Positions 1 to 13,455 of a stretch of DNA of 64,000 nucleotides are shown here, one piece after another. The stretch is from positions 124,001 to 188,000 of the forward strand of contig RSEE01000091.1 of the NCBI GenBank assembly GCA_003971905.1, given 5' to 3'. Each line of letters starts with the position of its first letter. Within the stretch, counting starts at the first letter, position 1. The position numbers and the translations under genes are program-made. The notes below the pieces were generated by a model, which worked only from the letters and a program-made list of their open reading frames with translations, was not told the origin of the DNA and did no database searches. The stretch is from Moniliella sp. 'wahieum' (taxonomy: Eukaryota).

Positions 1-3000
1 CAACTAGTTGTGTTATGTGGCCCTGCATGTGTTTCTCGTTCTTAGGCTACACTACCACCGCAAGGGCGACTGCATCTTTCTAATGATACTGGGTTCAATA
101 TGAGGTCTCGTTTTGTCGTCCACTAATCCATAGTTCATTCTTCCGTCGCATATGTTACCGTGCAAGCAGGTGATATTACTTCAAAATGGTCACTCCTCTG
201 GGGCAACAGCTTTGTTTTCTGGATTCACGACGACAGAACTCCTAATCGCAAGGGAAATGCAGAAGTTGTTGTCCTTCACGATCATCATGCTATCCTCTTC
301 CGAACTCCGATTTATGCCTTTGTACAAGATTTGTCGCTGATGAGAGCGTAATGTAGCGAAGCTATATGGAAACACTAGAGTCCCAACATTTCATCGCATG
401 GCACAGGGTTGGACTACATTACACTGCACGATTCCAATGCAGCCCATTACAAGGTGTGAGTCATTGACTAGAAGAGGAATCCCAGACGTGAACGACTGCT
501 ATATGATTGGAAGTGGGCATTGAACCCTTTTTTGACATTGGGTTCATATGACGGGCCTTGGTCACCTGATTAGTTACAATGGGGTGGGAGGGGGCATATT
601 ATCGGTCAAGGCATGAAGAACAAGCGTCTATCCCATTTCTGTGGCTATTCTTTGGGTCATGCCGTACAGTTTGTGCATAGATCTTTAGACCACTAGCAGT
701 TGACAATTAGGCGGGTGTTCGCTGACACTAGCATCCAGATGATTTCTTAACGCACCGCTGCTGGTATTATATCCCCCGGTGTACACATCACGCTCACGGA
801 AACAAGCCCAGTTCTATCAGGACTGTAGTCGAGGCAAAGAATGAAAGGAAACGGGGAAATGTGGATCGATGTTGGTAGTCACAGCAATTTCCCAGGATCA
901 TAAAACTGGTCCACTTGTACATCACGCTGTGAAATCTCCCGCGCCTGCTAAAATAGTAGCCACAGTTTCACGATTGAACGTAAAAGTACATAACTCACCA
1001 TATGTATTCCATCAACCACAGGATGCGGCCTTACTCATTCACCTAAGGGGGCGCCCCACCCATCCTACGTTGTTCTTGCATTTCCCCTCCGGTTACATTT
1101 ATCTTTCGCTTGTCTACTACCTCCGCTACTTCATACTCTCCTTGCTCTAGTTTGAACGCGAATATTCAACGATTGATTTTCAACCAACAAGGCGAACGAA
1201 AGTGAATGACTAATGTGCCGGACACCTAGTGGTGGACCATCTCGATACAAACACGCCGTTCCTTTTCTGCGCCGCGCTCGGGCATATCACAATCTCCACC
1301 GGTGTAACCACTGATGATAACCAATTTTGGCATATTTTAAGAGTGTCTCTCAGGATATGGTCTGGTAATCTTCCCAATGATCTTAGGTCTGTTAATCCAT
1401 AATCCATGCCACTACCCCTTGTCAGATGCTTTCTCTTCATGACATGTATGTCAGATCGTACGTGTTATAGATGGAGTGCACAAGCTGACGTCGGTTCTAC
1501 CACTCCCCTGACGACGGCCAAAACTGGGATTGAGTGCCATGCTTGTATTAATGGTCCAAAGACGATATCAATCCCCGTCTGTCCTAAACAGAAGTTAAGT
1601 GAGGTGCTCGAAAACCAATCTAGATCTCCTTGATGAGTATTTGGTCGTCAGGGACATCCAAGCGTATTTGGACGCTCGCAGCTGTATTCAACCACATCGC
1701 TATGATCAACCCTTGTATAAACCGTGGTAGGCCAACTATAGCAGCATGATGAGTGGCTAACAGGATCTGCAAAAGAGGATGAGACGATTCGAAAAAGTCG
1801 AATAAGCGACACACCAATGAATGTGGCTGAGAAAGCCTTGGAAATGAAGGTGGGGGTAGAGAGGTATGGAGCGAGTTAGACTAGGAGTCGAGATAGCACA
1901 AAGACGGGTAGTGAGTCAGGAGGCTTTTGAAGCCATGAAAACGTGGGAGAACCTCCGGAGACAAGCCGCCACAGTCGCGGTTGAGCTCTTTACATCTCAT
2001 CCCCGCCCGCCGCGGATTGGTAACCCCGGTGACAACATCCCGCTAACGAGCGAGAACGGGATGACAGATAAAAGAGTGAGATGCAAACTCACAAATTCCC
2101 AGTATTCATACAGAGAGAAAAGGTGTTAAGAAAGCCATGAACGCGGTCGCGACGAGATGGGTGGTCACTATCGGGCTCATCTTCTCGGCGGCAGCGTAAC
2201 TTCGGGTTATGGCCCGTAGCCACCGCAGAAAGGGTGTAAAGAGATGGTGGGGTCACAGCGGGTGGGACCTGGAACGGCCGACGGCATGGACCCGTAATGC
2301 GCGAACATTGCCCGTGAGTGAACAGGTCGTTCAAGTGGGTGGCCATTCAACTGAGCCAGGCGGTAATTGGCCTTACTGAGCCAGACCACCATCTGGTATG
2401 GGTCGCAGACGGTCAAGAGGTTCTTGCCAGCAGAGTCGAGCTTGGGCGCCACTACTCGAACCAATGTGTGGGGGAAAGACCGGGGAACGCGATGATTCAT
2501 CAAAAAGGCTGCACCTCGGGGCCAGGTTCACCATTCCCGCCTCGAGTCCTACCCATGCGAGGCGCCATAGTATGAGTTGTAGAGAGGGTCGGCAACGCGT
2601 ACAAGACAATGGCCGAAAAAGATCTCTTCCGAAACCATGTGGGCATGACCGGAGAAAGTGCTGTTCCATGAGAAGCAAACGCCATCAAGAAGCAACCCTG
2701 GTGGCGCGGGGAGGAAGATAAGTCCAACATGTGGAACAAGAGCGCGGCGCGCATGCCGTAGTCCTTCACCTTATTCACTGCAATATCATCCGTATTAACG
2801 CTAGAATTGTATGGCGTGGAATAGACTCTGTGGGGTAATGCTGCCAGACTAAAAGAACTGTGCAGTTCCGGAGAGGTGAAGAACTTAACTGTGCTGGTGG
2901 CATTGGCCATGCATAGCTAGTCGAAATTTTTGTGCACAATCTTGTGGGCCTTGCCCACCTTGCATTTGTACGTAGTCCTCACATATCTATCCGGAACCTT

Positions 3001-3706
3001 GTTACCAGCGTTTTCGATTAGCTATGTGGTGATGTTCCTAGGTGGGCGAAACGCTTGATGATCAGAGGCGTAATACAGAGCCTCTCGATAACCGATCCAG
3101 ATTCCACGTTCGGTACCAAAGCAGTTGCAATAAATTCAGAAGATTCATCCCGGATATCCCGGCTCCATTCTATCTCCGAACGAGGAGCGTACTAGTCTGC
3201 AGGATATATCGTTCGTCTGGCCATGATGAGAATTTGAACTATGGTTACTCGTTTAGGCGGGATTGGACAATATGGGGAGCATCTTGAATTGGATGAGGAC
3301 AGTTGGTCCCACTTTCTGGTAGACCGCTGCAACAAAAGTCGGTGCCATGGACATATATGCATTGACTGCTGTTAGAGATGCATACTTGTCGCAGCCTCTG
3401 GCACGGCATTTTCCTGTGGAATGAGAGGGATGTGGACTTAGGATTAAACGGAACTCTGGAGAGAAAACGAGGGAAGCAGAGCAGCGGGCGGGTCGTTCAG
3501 CAGAGATTGGTCGAGCGTGGGGAAGAGCAGTCCTCCAGGGTGATGGAAGGGTTGGGGTGGGGGTAAAGGTACTGACACCAGTGAAGGCGACATACATGAT
3601 GTGTACGTGGTGATGGGGGCGTGCATGGGGAAAAAAAGTAGGGTGCAGACTTGCGAGGCCGCTAGCGTTGACCTTTGGAATAAGATAACTTGCTTTTAAC
3701 GTCGTC

Positions 3707-4771
3707 TCACGATTGATCCAAAGGTGCCGAAACGAGCAGTACTCCTTCTTCCCGTCCTCCCAGACAATCCAACAGTACCGGCCGGCCCTGGCGCGGATCC
3801 ATTGTGAACACGCTGGAACTACCTGCGAACGTGGTGCCCTTTTCGTGTCCCACTCGATCACATGCGACGACAATGGTGCTGCGATCCGAGGTGGGATCCG
3901 GGTGCGGGTCCGGGTCTGTGCTCCAGAGAGGCGTGCAGCGCCAAGCCCAGTAGTTGATCGTAGACGTGCTGGGCATGGAGCGGGAGGGTGGATCGTGCTT
4001 GTCTGCAGTGTCGTGGTGGTGGGGCCAACATCGAGAGGATGGACTTCGTCTTGGGGCATGGCCCAGGCCATGGGGACAGCCAGGATATGAGCGTGCGTGC
4101 ACACTAGCGGCATAGCGCGCCAGCTCAAAAGATTCGAACGGCGCGGTAAACTCATAGGGATTCATGTCCATGCAAATGCCGACGGCAAGACGGCCAATGT
4201 CCAAGTCGATGCACTGAAACCCAGGGCCACGGCTGGACCAGTGCTTGTCATCGTCGTAGAGAAAGTGCTTGGTGAACACATGCAGTACCTTCCCTTTCCG
4301 ATCAACCAACAGCGCGGCATTGTACAGCCACTCGGTCGGCACAGGGTCAGGGGTAGGTGGTGGTGGATCTGATCCACAGGGCGAGAATCAGAGGGGCGCT
4401 GACGCCGACGCTCGGGGACCAACTCTGTGTTGCAGAGCGACACGCAAAACCAATGAACATACGAGTGGAGACGCGTGGCGAGCGTCCGGGCAAGAGACAA
4501 GGTGGGTTGATTGGAAGACGCAGCCGCATCGGTAGGCATCGGTTCGAGGACAGACTCGATATCTGCCCGACCCGAGAACTTGTAGCCGCCCAATGCCATC
4601 TCTGGAAGGACGAGCAAGTCGACCTGCCCAGGCCGGGAGATGTCAGCGTCCTGAAGCAGCTGCTGGACGCGTGCTGCGCTTTGATGAGGGGAGGCAAACG
4701 TGGGCGCGAGCTGGACAGCTGCGATGCGTGCCTGGGGGGGTGGGGCGCGGTGGTGGGGGCAAGCGAGGCAT
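3707..4771 (-). CDS. NTA1: Carbon-nitrogen hydrolase (nitrilase superfamily), protein N-terminal amidase NTA1-like; frameshifted
   Basis: Stitched frames give RIAAVQLAP..., LVLPEMALGGYKF (catalytic Glu), LYNAALLVD...VFTKHFLYDDDKHW (Lys) and GICMDMNPYEFTAPFESFELA (Cys; ICMDxNPY is the Nta1-type motif). C-terminus FAGSS...EEGVLLV, stop at 3707. Start approximate. Confidence 0.85.
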
Positions 4772-5350
4772 GGCGCGGGGGGGGCAGGAAACAGCGTGTG
4801 GCCGGAGAGCGGAGGGGAGGGAACGAGGAGCGCAGACAGAGCGAGTGCAAACGAGTGCGCCGGGGACCATAGGCAGCTGGCCGGGACTCGAATGAGTTTG
4901 GTGGTGATGGGTACAAGCCACGCCGCCGGGTGCTAAATTACATCAGGTTCGACCAGTGGCGGCCGGCACCGGATCCAAACCCTAGCACCGCGCACCAAAT
5001 GGGTTTAAACGTGCTAAACCAGCGCGTTCTTGGTGCGAGACGCTGCCGCCCAGACCTACGCAGGTAGAACGTGAGCTGATGATATACTACAGTTGTAGTG
5101 CAGCAAGCACAGCACATACCAGTTCGTTACGTGACCCATGGTCCCATGGAATGCTACCCTCCTCAAGCACAAGAGGGTCCAAGACGCAATCCATGTGGGT
5201 GCGCACGTCCCTGTCCCACTGCATGAACCCTTGCCTGACGGAGCTAGTAGGTCTACGCGTACGCGTGACGCGGGCTGAGCTGGTTTGTCTGAGATCGGAG
5301 CGTATACCCATCATACAATCCATATGGACTCCAAGCTCCATTATCGAAAC

Positions 5351-5450
5351 GGAGCCCGGAGCCCGGAGCCCGGAGCCGGGAGCCCTTTACATGTAAGACC
5401 TGGAACGTGACAACCTGGAAACCTGACAACCTGGACAACTGACAACCTGA
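5351..5450. repeat. Short tandem repeats (GGAGCCC)n followed by (GACAACCT)-like units
   Basis: ggagcccggagcccggagcccggagccgggagccc, then gacaacctggaaacctgacaacctggacaactgacaacctg, read directly. Confidence 0.8.
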
Positions 5451-5723
5451 CCGCGGGGGGGCAAGAGAGTGGAGGTTGGACTTGTGCAAAAGGGGGAACC
5501 GGGTATGATAGGCTTGAGGGGGGGGGGCGGTACCCGTGTATAGTAGCGAGAAGCAAAGTTACCCTACCCTTGAAGCTTGACCGTGAGCTGTGCCGGTGAG
5601 GACTGAGGCCGGGAGAGGGGTACGGGGACTACAAGTGGCCAGAAAAGCAAAATGAAACGGCCCAAAAAGAAAGAGAAAGAGAAAGAAAAAAGAACTGGTA
5701 CAGTTACAGGTACAGTTAAAGAG

Positions 5724-8340
5724 TTACATGACGAGGCACTGGTTATCGTTAAGTCCCAACTCTTTCCGTTCCTCTTGTTTTCGATCACGTTCGTTCTCGC
5801 GATCTTTGGCGCGGACTTCGCGTGGGAACCAAACTTGGAGTAAGTTGGTCATGGCCGTATCGAGATTGCGTTCGCCTGCTGAACCAACGGCGTCGGGGCG
5901 CGGCAGAGCGGGCAGGCGGTCGACCTTGTTTTTGAACTTGACCAAACACCGAAGAACAAAACAAGTGCTGGCAGCCAGTCGGATCGGGCGCCAGGCCACA
6001 TCGAGACAAATCGACACAGGAATAGTCGTCGAGCGAAGGTAAGATAGGCATCAGTTGATCAGTCATCACGAAAATAAAAGTGAGCCAACGATTCGCTTTC
6101 TTTGCCAGTCGCACTCAACATGCCTCCTGGCCCTGTGAGCGGAAGGAGAGCTTCGAGCGACGGGACGCACGTCGCAATGGGCGCTAGCGCTCGTGCTCGC
6201 CCGCCCGCCCATTCAGCCCCAGTGGGCACGATACCTCCGCCCCCGTCGAGCGCGGGCATGTGCGCCGTCAGCCCAGGCGCTTTTTTCCCCTTTCGCCGTA
6301 ACAGACGAGGGAGCTTTTGAACGTCCAGCTGGGACTGGGACTCGCATCGAGGTGAGGGGTTGGCGGTTGCCAGAAGCGAGTCTGGGGGCAATGACGCAGA
6401 TACAACACCTGCCTCTCCCTCCTGCTCCGGCTCCACCTGGAAAACCGTACGGTCATGTTCGTGTTGCGCCATGAAAGCGCGCAGCCCCGTGCCGGCAGTC
6501 AAGGCGGTACGTTTGTCGTGTTTCTTGAGAATCTTGCGTGCTGCCTCGAGGTTGAGTCGCTGGTACTTTTTCACATCGAGCAACGCCACGTTGAGGGTCA
6601 AAAAGTCGGTCAAGGCCTGTGCCGAGCGGGGGGACAACTTTTCTTCCTGCCGCACCTCGGTGAAGGTAGTCGTACTCCCGACGTCAGGTAGGCCATGCAA
6701 GCTGGATGCGACCTGAGCGGTACCGGCCTCTGCACCCGAGGGCGGTGGTAACACATCCTTCGTCGCTACGCGGGAGGGCGTGATGGGACCCTGGAGCCAG
6801 CCACGACGGTAGAGTTGGTTGGCAAACCCAATCAGCCGACGCTCCGATTCGTCCGCATCCAGTTCCCCGATCCTTCTCGCGTGTTGATTCAAACACTTGC
6901 AAGTCGGTGTACAGCTGGAAGATGGCGCGCCAAGTGTAGAGGTCCGATTGGGCTCCGTAGGGGGAGCTGGCTTGCGCAATGGCTTTGGTCAAGCGTTCGG
7001 TGGCGGTGACAAACTCGGTGCGTTGCAGTGCCTGTACACTCTGCACTGCCACCAGGGCCGAAGTGAATAGGGTCAGGAACAGTTCGTCTGCTACGAGAGG
7101 GATCGTCATCTCCCTCACGCGCACGCGCCGGTCGTGCGGACCAGTTGCTGTTCTTCTCGAATTCGTACCGGGGTGAGGAGATGGGGAGCTGCTGGAATGC
7201 CAGCGGGGGTGGTGTGAAATTGGGAGGGGGTCGAGGAGAACTTCTCATCACTTGTACTGGATGGCAGGCGAGACTGTGGATACTGTGGAGGGGGAGAGGG
7301 GACGACGTTGTGTAAAGCAGGGAGTCGGCACAACCCGTCTGGCGCATGGTCCATCTCCGAATCGCCTTCCCAGTCGGCCTCAGCGCCGGGCTCGCAATAC
7401 GCCTGGTGTGTTGCCATAGCGAGGTGGTAGCGACACGCCGCGTGGACCGGCCACGTCGGCCCTCCTCGTCCGTGGCAGGCAACTCGCGCACCAAAGCACG
7501 TGGAGAAGCGGTGGAAGGTACGGCCTCCATCGTTTCGTTGTCCATCCCTTCGTCTTCGTCCGACGAAGTGACAGGCGACTCGATTGTAATGCGAATACGA
7601 GGGATGGGATGTTCGGTAGTACCGCCCAACTCGTAGGCGGCATGGGCTCGGCGTCCCTCACTGCCCTCGACCCAATCGGTCTGGTCCATCACCACTTCCT
7701 CCACCTCCTCCCTCCTCCTCGTCGCAATCCCGCCGCTCGCGGCGGCAGCCGAGCGGTACGGATGAGGGTCAGGCGCATCGCATACGCTGGTTTGGACGCG
7801 GGACCAAGAGCAAGAAGTTGGTCGTGTGCTGGCCCAGCTGCTGTGAAGCTGCGACGAGGAGGCAGAGTAGTGGGTGGGAGGGGGCGAAGCGCCGCTGTCG
7901 GTAGCGGAGAAGCGTGAGGATCGGTCTTCGGGTCGAAGGGAGCGGTCGCGATGGTGGGCGGAATGGGAAGGGACTCGAGCCAGTCTTTGGCGCTGCTGCG
8001 TGCGGGGTGTGGGGCACCGGCGGGGAGCGCGGCGTGCTGGTGAGCATCCGCAAGTGGCGCAGATGCCGAGGCAGGAGACACATGGGAAGGGGCAGGGGCA
8101 GAGGCAGGCGCAGGCGCAGGCGAAGACGCAGGCGGAGTGGATGTGTTGGGCGTCCTTGATGCGCTGCTGCTCCACCAGCAGCTCGCGCAGCACGGCGGCC
8201 GACAGCCCCAGGGACTCGAGCTCGGCCACGACGCCGTTGATGAGTTTTTTGAGCTGCTTGTACTCGATGGCGCCGCGGCGCCAGCGCTCGGGGAAGGAGG
8301 GGGAGGCAATGGTCTCCTGGTAGGACTTGCCGAACTTCAT
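5724..8340 (-). CDS. SPX-RING E3 ubiquitin ligase (NLA/Pqr1-like); frameshifted
   Basis: N-terminal SPX signature MKFGKSY...IEYKQLKKLI and distal SPX motif LNLEAARKILKKHDKRT. C-terminal RING pieces DDYSC.ICLDVAWRPIRL.CQHLFC.RCLVK. Ends ...NDNQCLVM* at 5724. Confidence 0.88.
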
Positions 8341-9341
8341 CGCGGCATGAGGCGGTGGTGGGGAGGGGGTGGGTGGATGCGGGAGGGAAAGGGGGTTGCA
8401 AGGCGAGCAAGGGGTTACGGGTTAAGCCACATGGCCTGGGGGCGACCGAGTGGTAATGCCGCCTGCCGCCTGCCCTGCACTGCGCCGGCTGTGCTGAGAA
8501 ACAGCGCTCTGGTCTGAGTTCTGAGTCGGCAGTACTCCGCAGCGGGTTTGGATGGCGGGGTAGGGTTGGGCGGCTGCGGCTGCCGCGGCCCATCACCGCG
8601 TGGGTGCGGGCTCATGCATCCGACTGCCCACACTGCTGCGGTGCAGTGGCGTGTCACACGACCTGCATGCAGCCCCTGCGCTGGATGCAGGGGCTGCTAG
8701 CATGCACGCAACATGCTGCGTGCCTGGCCGGTAGGAACAATAATTAATAACCGCTGCCCTGCGCCACACCCCCGGCTCTCGCCCCGTGCCTGTGCCTGCC
8801 CGCCGCCCTGGGCCGCGGGAGGCGCCACGCGGCGCACCCATGCACTTCTGTCGTCGTCATTGACATTGGCCCCTTTGACGTCATATACGTTGTGACATGT
8901 GACAGCGCCTGCAACGGTATGGGAAAGGAGACGGAAAGCGACACAGCGGGTCAGGAAGCGAGGCGAAGAAGAGCAATAAGTACGTTTGCTACTACTACTA
9001 GTAGTCTATAGTCTGCCCTTGGTCATCCGTTCAACGTTCATGCACACTGTAGGCCGATCAATCCTACAACCTCTCACTGATTATAGCAACAAAGACGGGA
9101 TGCTAAAAGGAATGCATGAGAATGTGTAAGCAGTCTTCATGGTGGCGGCACAATAAAAGTCAAAGGGTAAGGGTAGCATTCTCAGCGCCTTCTTCATAGA
9201 CCAGAAGACACACATCAGTGTTCGCCAGAGGATCAAAAACACATGAAAACCCGCGAGAGTCCAATAGTAAAAGGTCCATCACATCATGTAGAAACTTGAA
9301 AGCCCCACATATGGGCCACAGAACAAGGAGGAAACTCAAAA

Positions 9342-12300
9342 CTAGGCTTCCTGTACCTCGGTGTGCGGGGGGCGTGCGCGCTCAAGGATCCCCAAGGGCT
9401 GGGTCGAAGCATCACCAAGTGGAGGGACGGCGGGCAAATTCTTCCCGGGACTCATTTGATCTTGAGCAGCCGTTGCGACCTCACCATCAGAGGGGGCCAG
9501 AGGAGCCATATTGGGTAGGGGACCAGCAGGCGGACCAGCAGGCGGACCCAGGCGGACCAGCAGGTGGACCAGGAGGAAGTCCGCCTGGCCCCACACCCGC
9601 GCGAGCGGCTTTACGCATCTGGATAGCATTCTTTGTTCGCGCCAAACGAGCAAAGGAAAGAGGGCGAGGAGAAGGATGAGCCAAGAGACCAAGATGATCC
9701 AGCTGATGAAAATATCGATGCCTTTCCCCTGGGAGTAGAGCAAGACGAGAAACGCTTTGCGCAAGTTATAAAAGGGCATGGCGTATGAGATGCGGTAAAA
9801 GTGTTGAGCATCGGGATTGGGTACCCGGCTCCCGAAACGTTGAGGATGACAAGGAAGAGCAGTCCAAACGCCACGAATTTAGGTCCGAGGACCTGCAGGG
9901 CCACCTCGGTGCACAGACCGAGGACCATCATGCCCGTGTACATGATGGCAAAAAAGGCAAAGAACCCACCCGCACCGTATCCCCGGAAAGAAACGTGGAA
10001 CGGGAGGTTGACCAAACTAAAGAGAAACGCTACCAAGAAGTTGGTGGCAAGAGGGATGAGCAAGCGCAGCAAGAGCAAGTGCTTGAACTTGAGAAAGGGA
10101 AGAATCGGTTGCCGAGCACCAAAGAGGGCCATGGTAATGTTGAATGCCAAAAGCAAAAGATAGATCAACCCGACAAATGTGGTGGCAACCGTGACGGATT
10201 GATCAAACGGATTGACGTCAATCTCGGAAAAGTCAACTGCGTGACCAATCGTCTGAGGCGAAGCGAGGGCCAAGTTGATATTGTTCCGTAATGTCGCATT
10301 GTCATTGTCGGCTACCCTGTTGCTGAGCCAAGTGGCAGTGATGTTCAAGTTGAGCGCATTCATACTCTCGACCAAAATCTTTTTGGTGGGGCTACACAAC
10401 ATTTCCTTGGACGGCTTGGTAGTTGCGTGCAGTGGCGTACCAGATGGTCACTACATCTTGGGGTTCCCATGTGCCATTGCCAGTTGTTTGAGCATCAAGC
10501 AGAGCGGTGTTGTTGCATTGTCCATAATTTGAACGATGATCCAAGCCTTTGGTCGGTCTTGAGGGCTTTAATGATACTGTCGTTGTCGGGGAGCACGCAC
10601 CGTGAACACGGCTCCCAATGGAGACGTTCGGTTTTGGACTTGTTATCACTATTCAGAAAAGCGTTTTCGAATGTAGAACCAATCTGGTAGTGGGGGGGAT
10701 CGCCGTTGATCACGAATCCGACCAGCTCGCGACTGGTGAGCTTGTACAACGATCCCCACTGTTGCGTGTACATGGGAGTGTCAGCTTTCACATTTCCCAC
10801 AAGAGATAATAAACAACAGTACCAAGACGAAGCGTATGCCCACTGAAAAGGAGATGATACTTACAAAGATGGGCACGATGCCCCAAACGACAACGATGGA
10901 AAGAACAGCAATGAATGGTAGGTAGCCATTGAAGATAGGGCGGAAAAGAGGGCGTAACTTGGGTCGAACAAGTCATGACTACCAAATTCAAGAGGTGGTT
11001 TCCCTCCAGGTGGGCCGCGGGGGGGAGGGCCTATCAAGGGACCTCCTGAAGGCCAACAGGCTTGCTATCCGACATCGACCTCTTGTGCCCTGCGGGGCTA
11101 CCAGGGTGGCCATACTAGACCGATGGGCTGACATGAACGACTTGGTATTGGTGCCCGGGTCCAGGAGAGAGGCGAGAGATTTGCGGTGAGAATCGACCAG
11201 GGTGGCCGTTGAGGCCCGAGCATGAATGACGGAAGAACGGAGCAACCCTCTGGACTCGGTTGGCGTTGACACACCAGACCCGGAACGGGAAGTGAGTCCA
11301 ATAAGAGGAAGATTGGTTGGATCTCCCTCACTTTGTTGGGGAGGGGGAGTTCCCGCCTCTTGCGGGAGAAAGTAGGAGACGCGCCTTGATGAACGCGGTG
11401 TTGCATTGGAAGTTGACGAAGTTATTTAGCAAGCGCAGACGCTTGCTGTGCCTGAGTATTCACCAACGCATCACGCAGGGCATCAGCGGCGTGACTGTTG
11501 ATCGCCGTAGCACTCGGTACTTCTGGCACGGTTGAAGGATGGAGGCCTATAGGTGAATCGAGATTGTTTACCGCCCAAACATTGCTGGTCGAGTCCGTTG
11601 TGGCGGAAGGCGATCGTTCAAAGGTGACGGAAGCTGGTGTTGGTTCGAAAAGACTCCTTCGGATCCTTCCATGAGGTGCGGCTTAGATTGTTCATAGTGA
11701 ATCCGAGAAAGAGCAGCGCTTTCTTCGGTAGGCCGCTCAGACGGTGGTAGATCGTAGTACTTCCCAGTCTGTGTCCATGTGTGTGGGCCAGCATGCGAGG
11801 TGGGCCAAGTCGCCAAAAAGCCAGACGATCTGGTCCTAGGAGAAGAGCTCCCTGACGGTACGAGTGGTACATTTCCCACACCGATGTGAGAAATGCGTTG
11901 GGCAATTGGCTCGCTGTACTCAAATCCCACCTCGGCAGTTTCTTGCTGGGCGTCCGAGGATGACGATTGCACCGTCTTCAATTGAGGAAGGATGGACCAT
12001 ATCGGCATGGCAGTCGCAGGAGACGGATGAGTCACTGCTGATTCAAGTGACAAGTCCTCAATCGCCGAGGTGGGCGCTAGAGAAAAGCGTCGTGGAGAGA
12101 GGGGTTCTGGTCCATGGACATAATCGACATGGAGATCGGCCGTCTGGATGGCCAGCAGACGAGCTGGATCTTGTTGCGACTGCCGCAGGGTTCCGGATCA
12201 GGCGTTTCAGGGAAAGAGGCGGGCACAAGCTGATCTCTTATCTCATTGACCGCCGAGCGCGATGACGAAGCAGAAGGGTGGGAAGACAGTGCTGTGAGCG

Positions 12301-12344
12301 GCACCCCACGGCACCGGGGGTGCGAGGTCAGGTTCCTCCGCCAT
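9342..12344 (-). CDS. SNG1/DUF3533-family membrane protein with a long low-complexity N-terminus; frameshifted
   Basis: Segments QWGSLY, TIWYATARNY, VNPFDQSVTVATTFVGLIYLLLLAF, GAGGFFAFF, LFLVILNVSGAGYPIPML and MPFYNL match the DUF3533 topology. Start at 12344 (MAEEPDL) is inferred, and the 11.3-12.3 kb part could be a separate ORF. Confidence 0.72.
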
Positions 12345-13455
12345 AGCAGTGGAGTGGACCGGGCGGGGAGTGTTGGTCGTGCTGCTGGTGACGGTGGTAG
12401 TGGAGGAGGAGGATGAGTGCTGGTGACCATGGGCCCGCTGGACCGCTGCGGACAGACTGGCAAGCGGTGACGACGCAGAATCAGAGGGAAGGGGTGCTGG
12501 ACGGGACATGACGGCGCGCAAAGACCAGGTGGCGGTGGTGTCGTCGGAGAGGCAGACTGTCCGGTATTTTAAGCGTGAAGAAGCTTCAACATCCAACCAG
12601 CGCAATAGCGCAGGATGAGTGGGAGGTGGGTGCCAGTCAAGCCACCAGCCGTGGGTCTCCGGCGACAGCAGCCGGCCAGCGCTGCTCAAATGGTCCAAAC
12701 GCCAAACGCCAAAAGCTAAACACCAAACGCAAGGCATGGTGCGCAGCTCGGCTCGCTTATGTTCTCTTCGGCGTGCTCGTGTCGTATAAGGCTGCTCTCG
12801 GCGATCGGGGGTTCGCGGTTACCGGGGATGCGTGCTACGCGCTAATAGCCATCGCCCTCTTCTCTTTCTCTTCCCCTGGGCCCTTGCCATCGAGTATTGC
12901 GCTACCAGTGTTCTCCATCCATGTTCGGTATATGTCGGGCATGCGAATGCGGGAGGAAGCAGGACAACAACTCCGAATGGTAGGCCTCAAGTCATTGGTG
13001 GTGCACTATTATACTAGTACGCAGATCCCACTCTCTCTTCTGCTCTGCGTTATATACGAGCCACGCTGACCGCGTCAACTGGCCAGAAAATGTATGAGGA
13101 TGCCGAGGATGCCAATTATACCGATGGTGACCATAATGCTCTCTGCGTCCATAGAAGCGACAGCAGGGTCCCCAAAGAAAAAAATGTGCACCACAAAGCC
13201 AAATGATAGAAGAAAACGAACCTCTTTTGTCCGGCAAGCAGACCCAAGGGCGAAGCAAAGGAGTGAGGGGAGAATACGTTGGACATGCATGAAATATTGC
13301 CTGACGGAGCAGGTCCAGTCCAGCCGATCGTAGCCCATTGCATTAGTAGCCAGGCGGGAAGGGAGAGATGTACTAGTTGAATAAATAAGGGACAAAAAAA
13401 TGAATGAGAGTGAATAAACAAGCCAAAGCGACCAACAATAACCGGTAACCGACGA

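Noticed and set aside
4977..4985. Telomere-like AAACCCTA motifs (also near 14077 and 31567)
   Set aside because: Single isolated units, not arrays; expected by chance.
13075..13395. Small hydrophobic ORF ending ...IMVTIGIIGILGILIHFLAS
   Set aside because: It lies just downstream of PRM10, and its hydrophobicity comes from a short repeat-like stretch; no other support.
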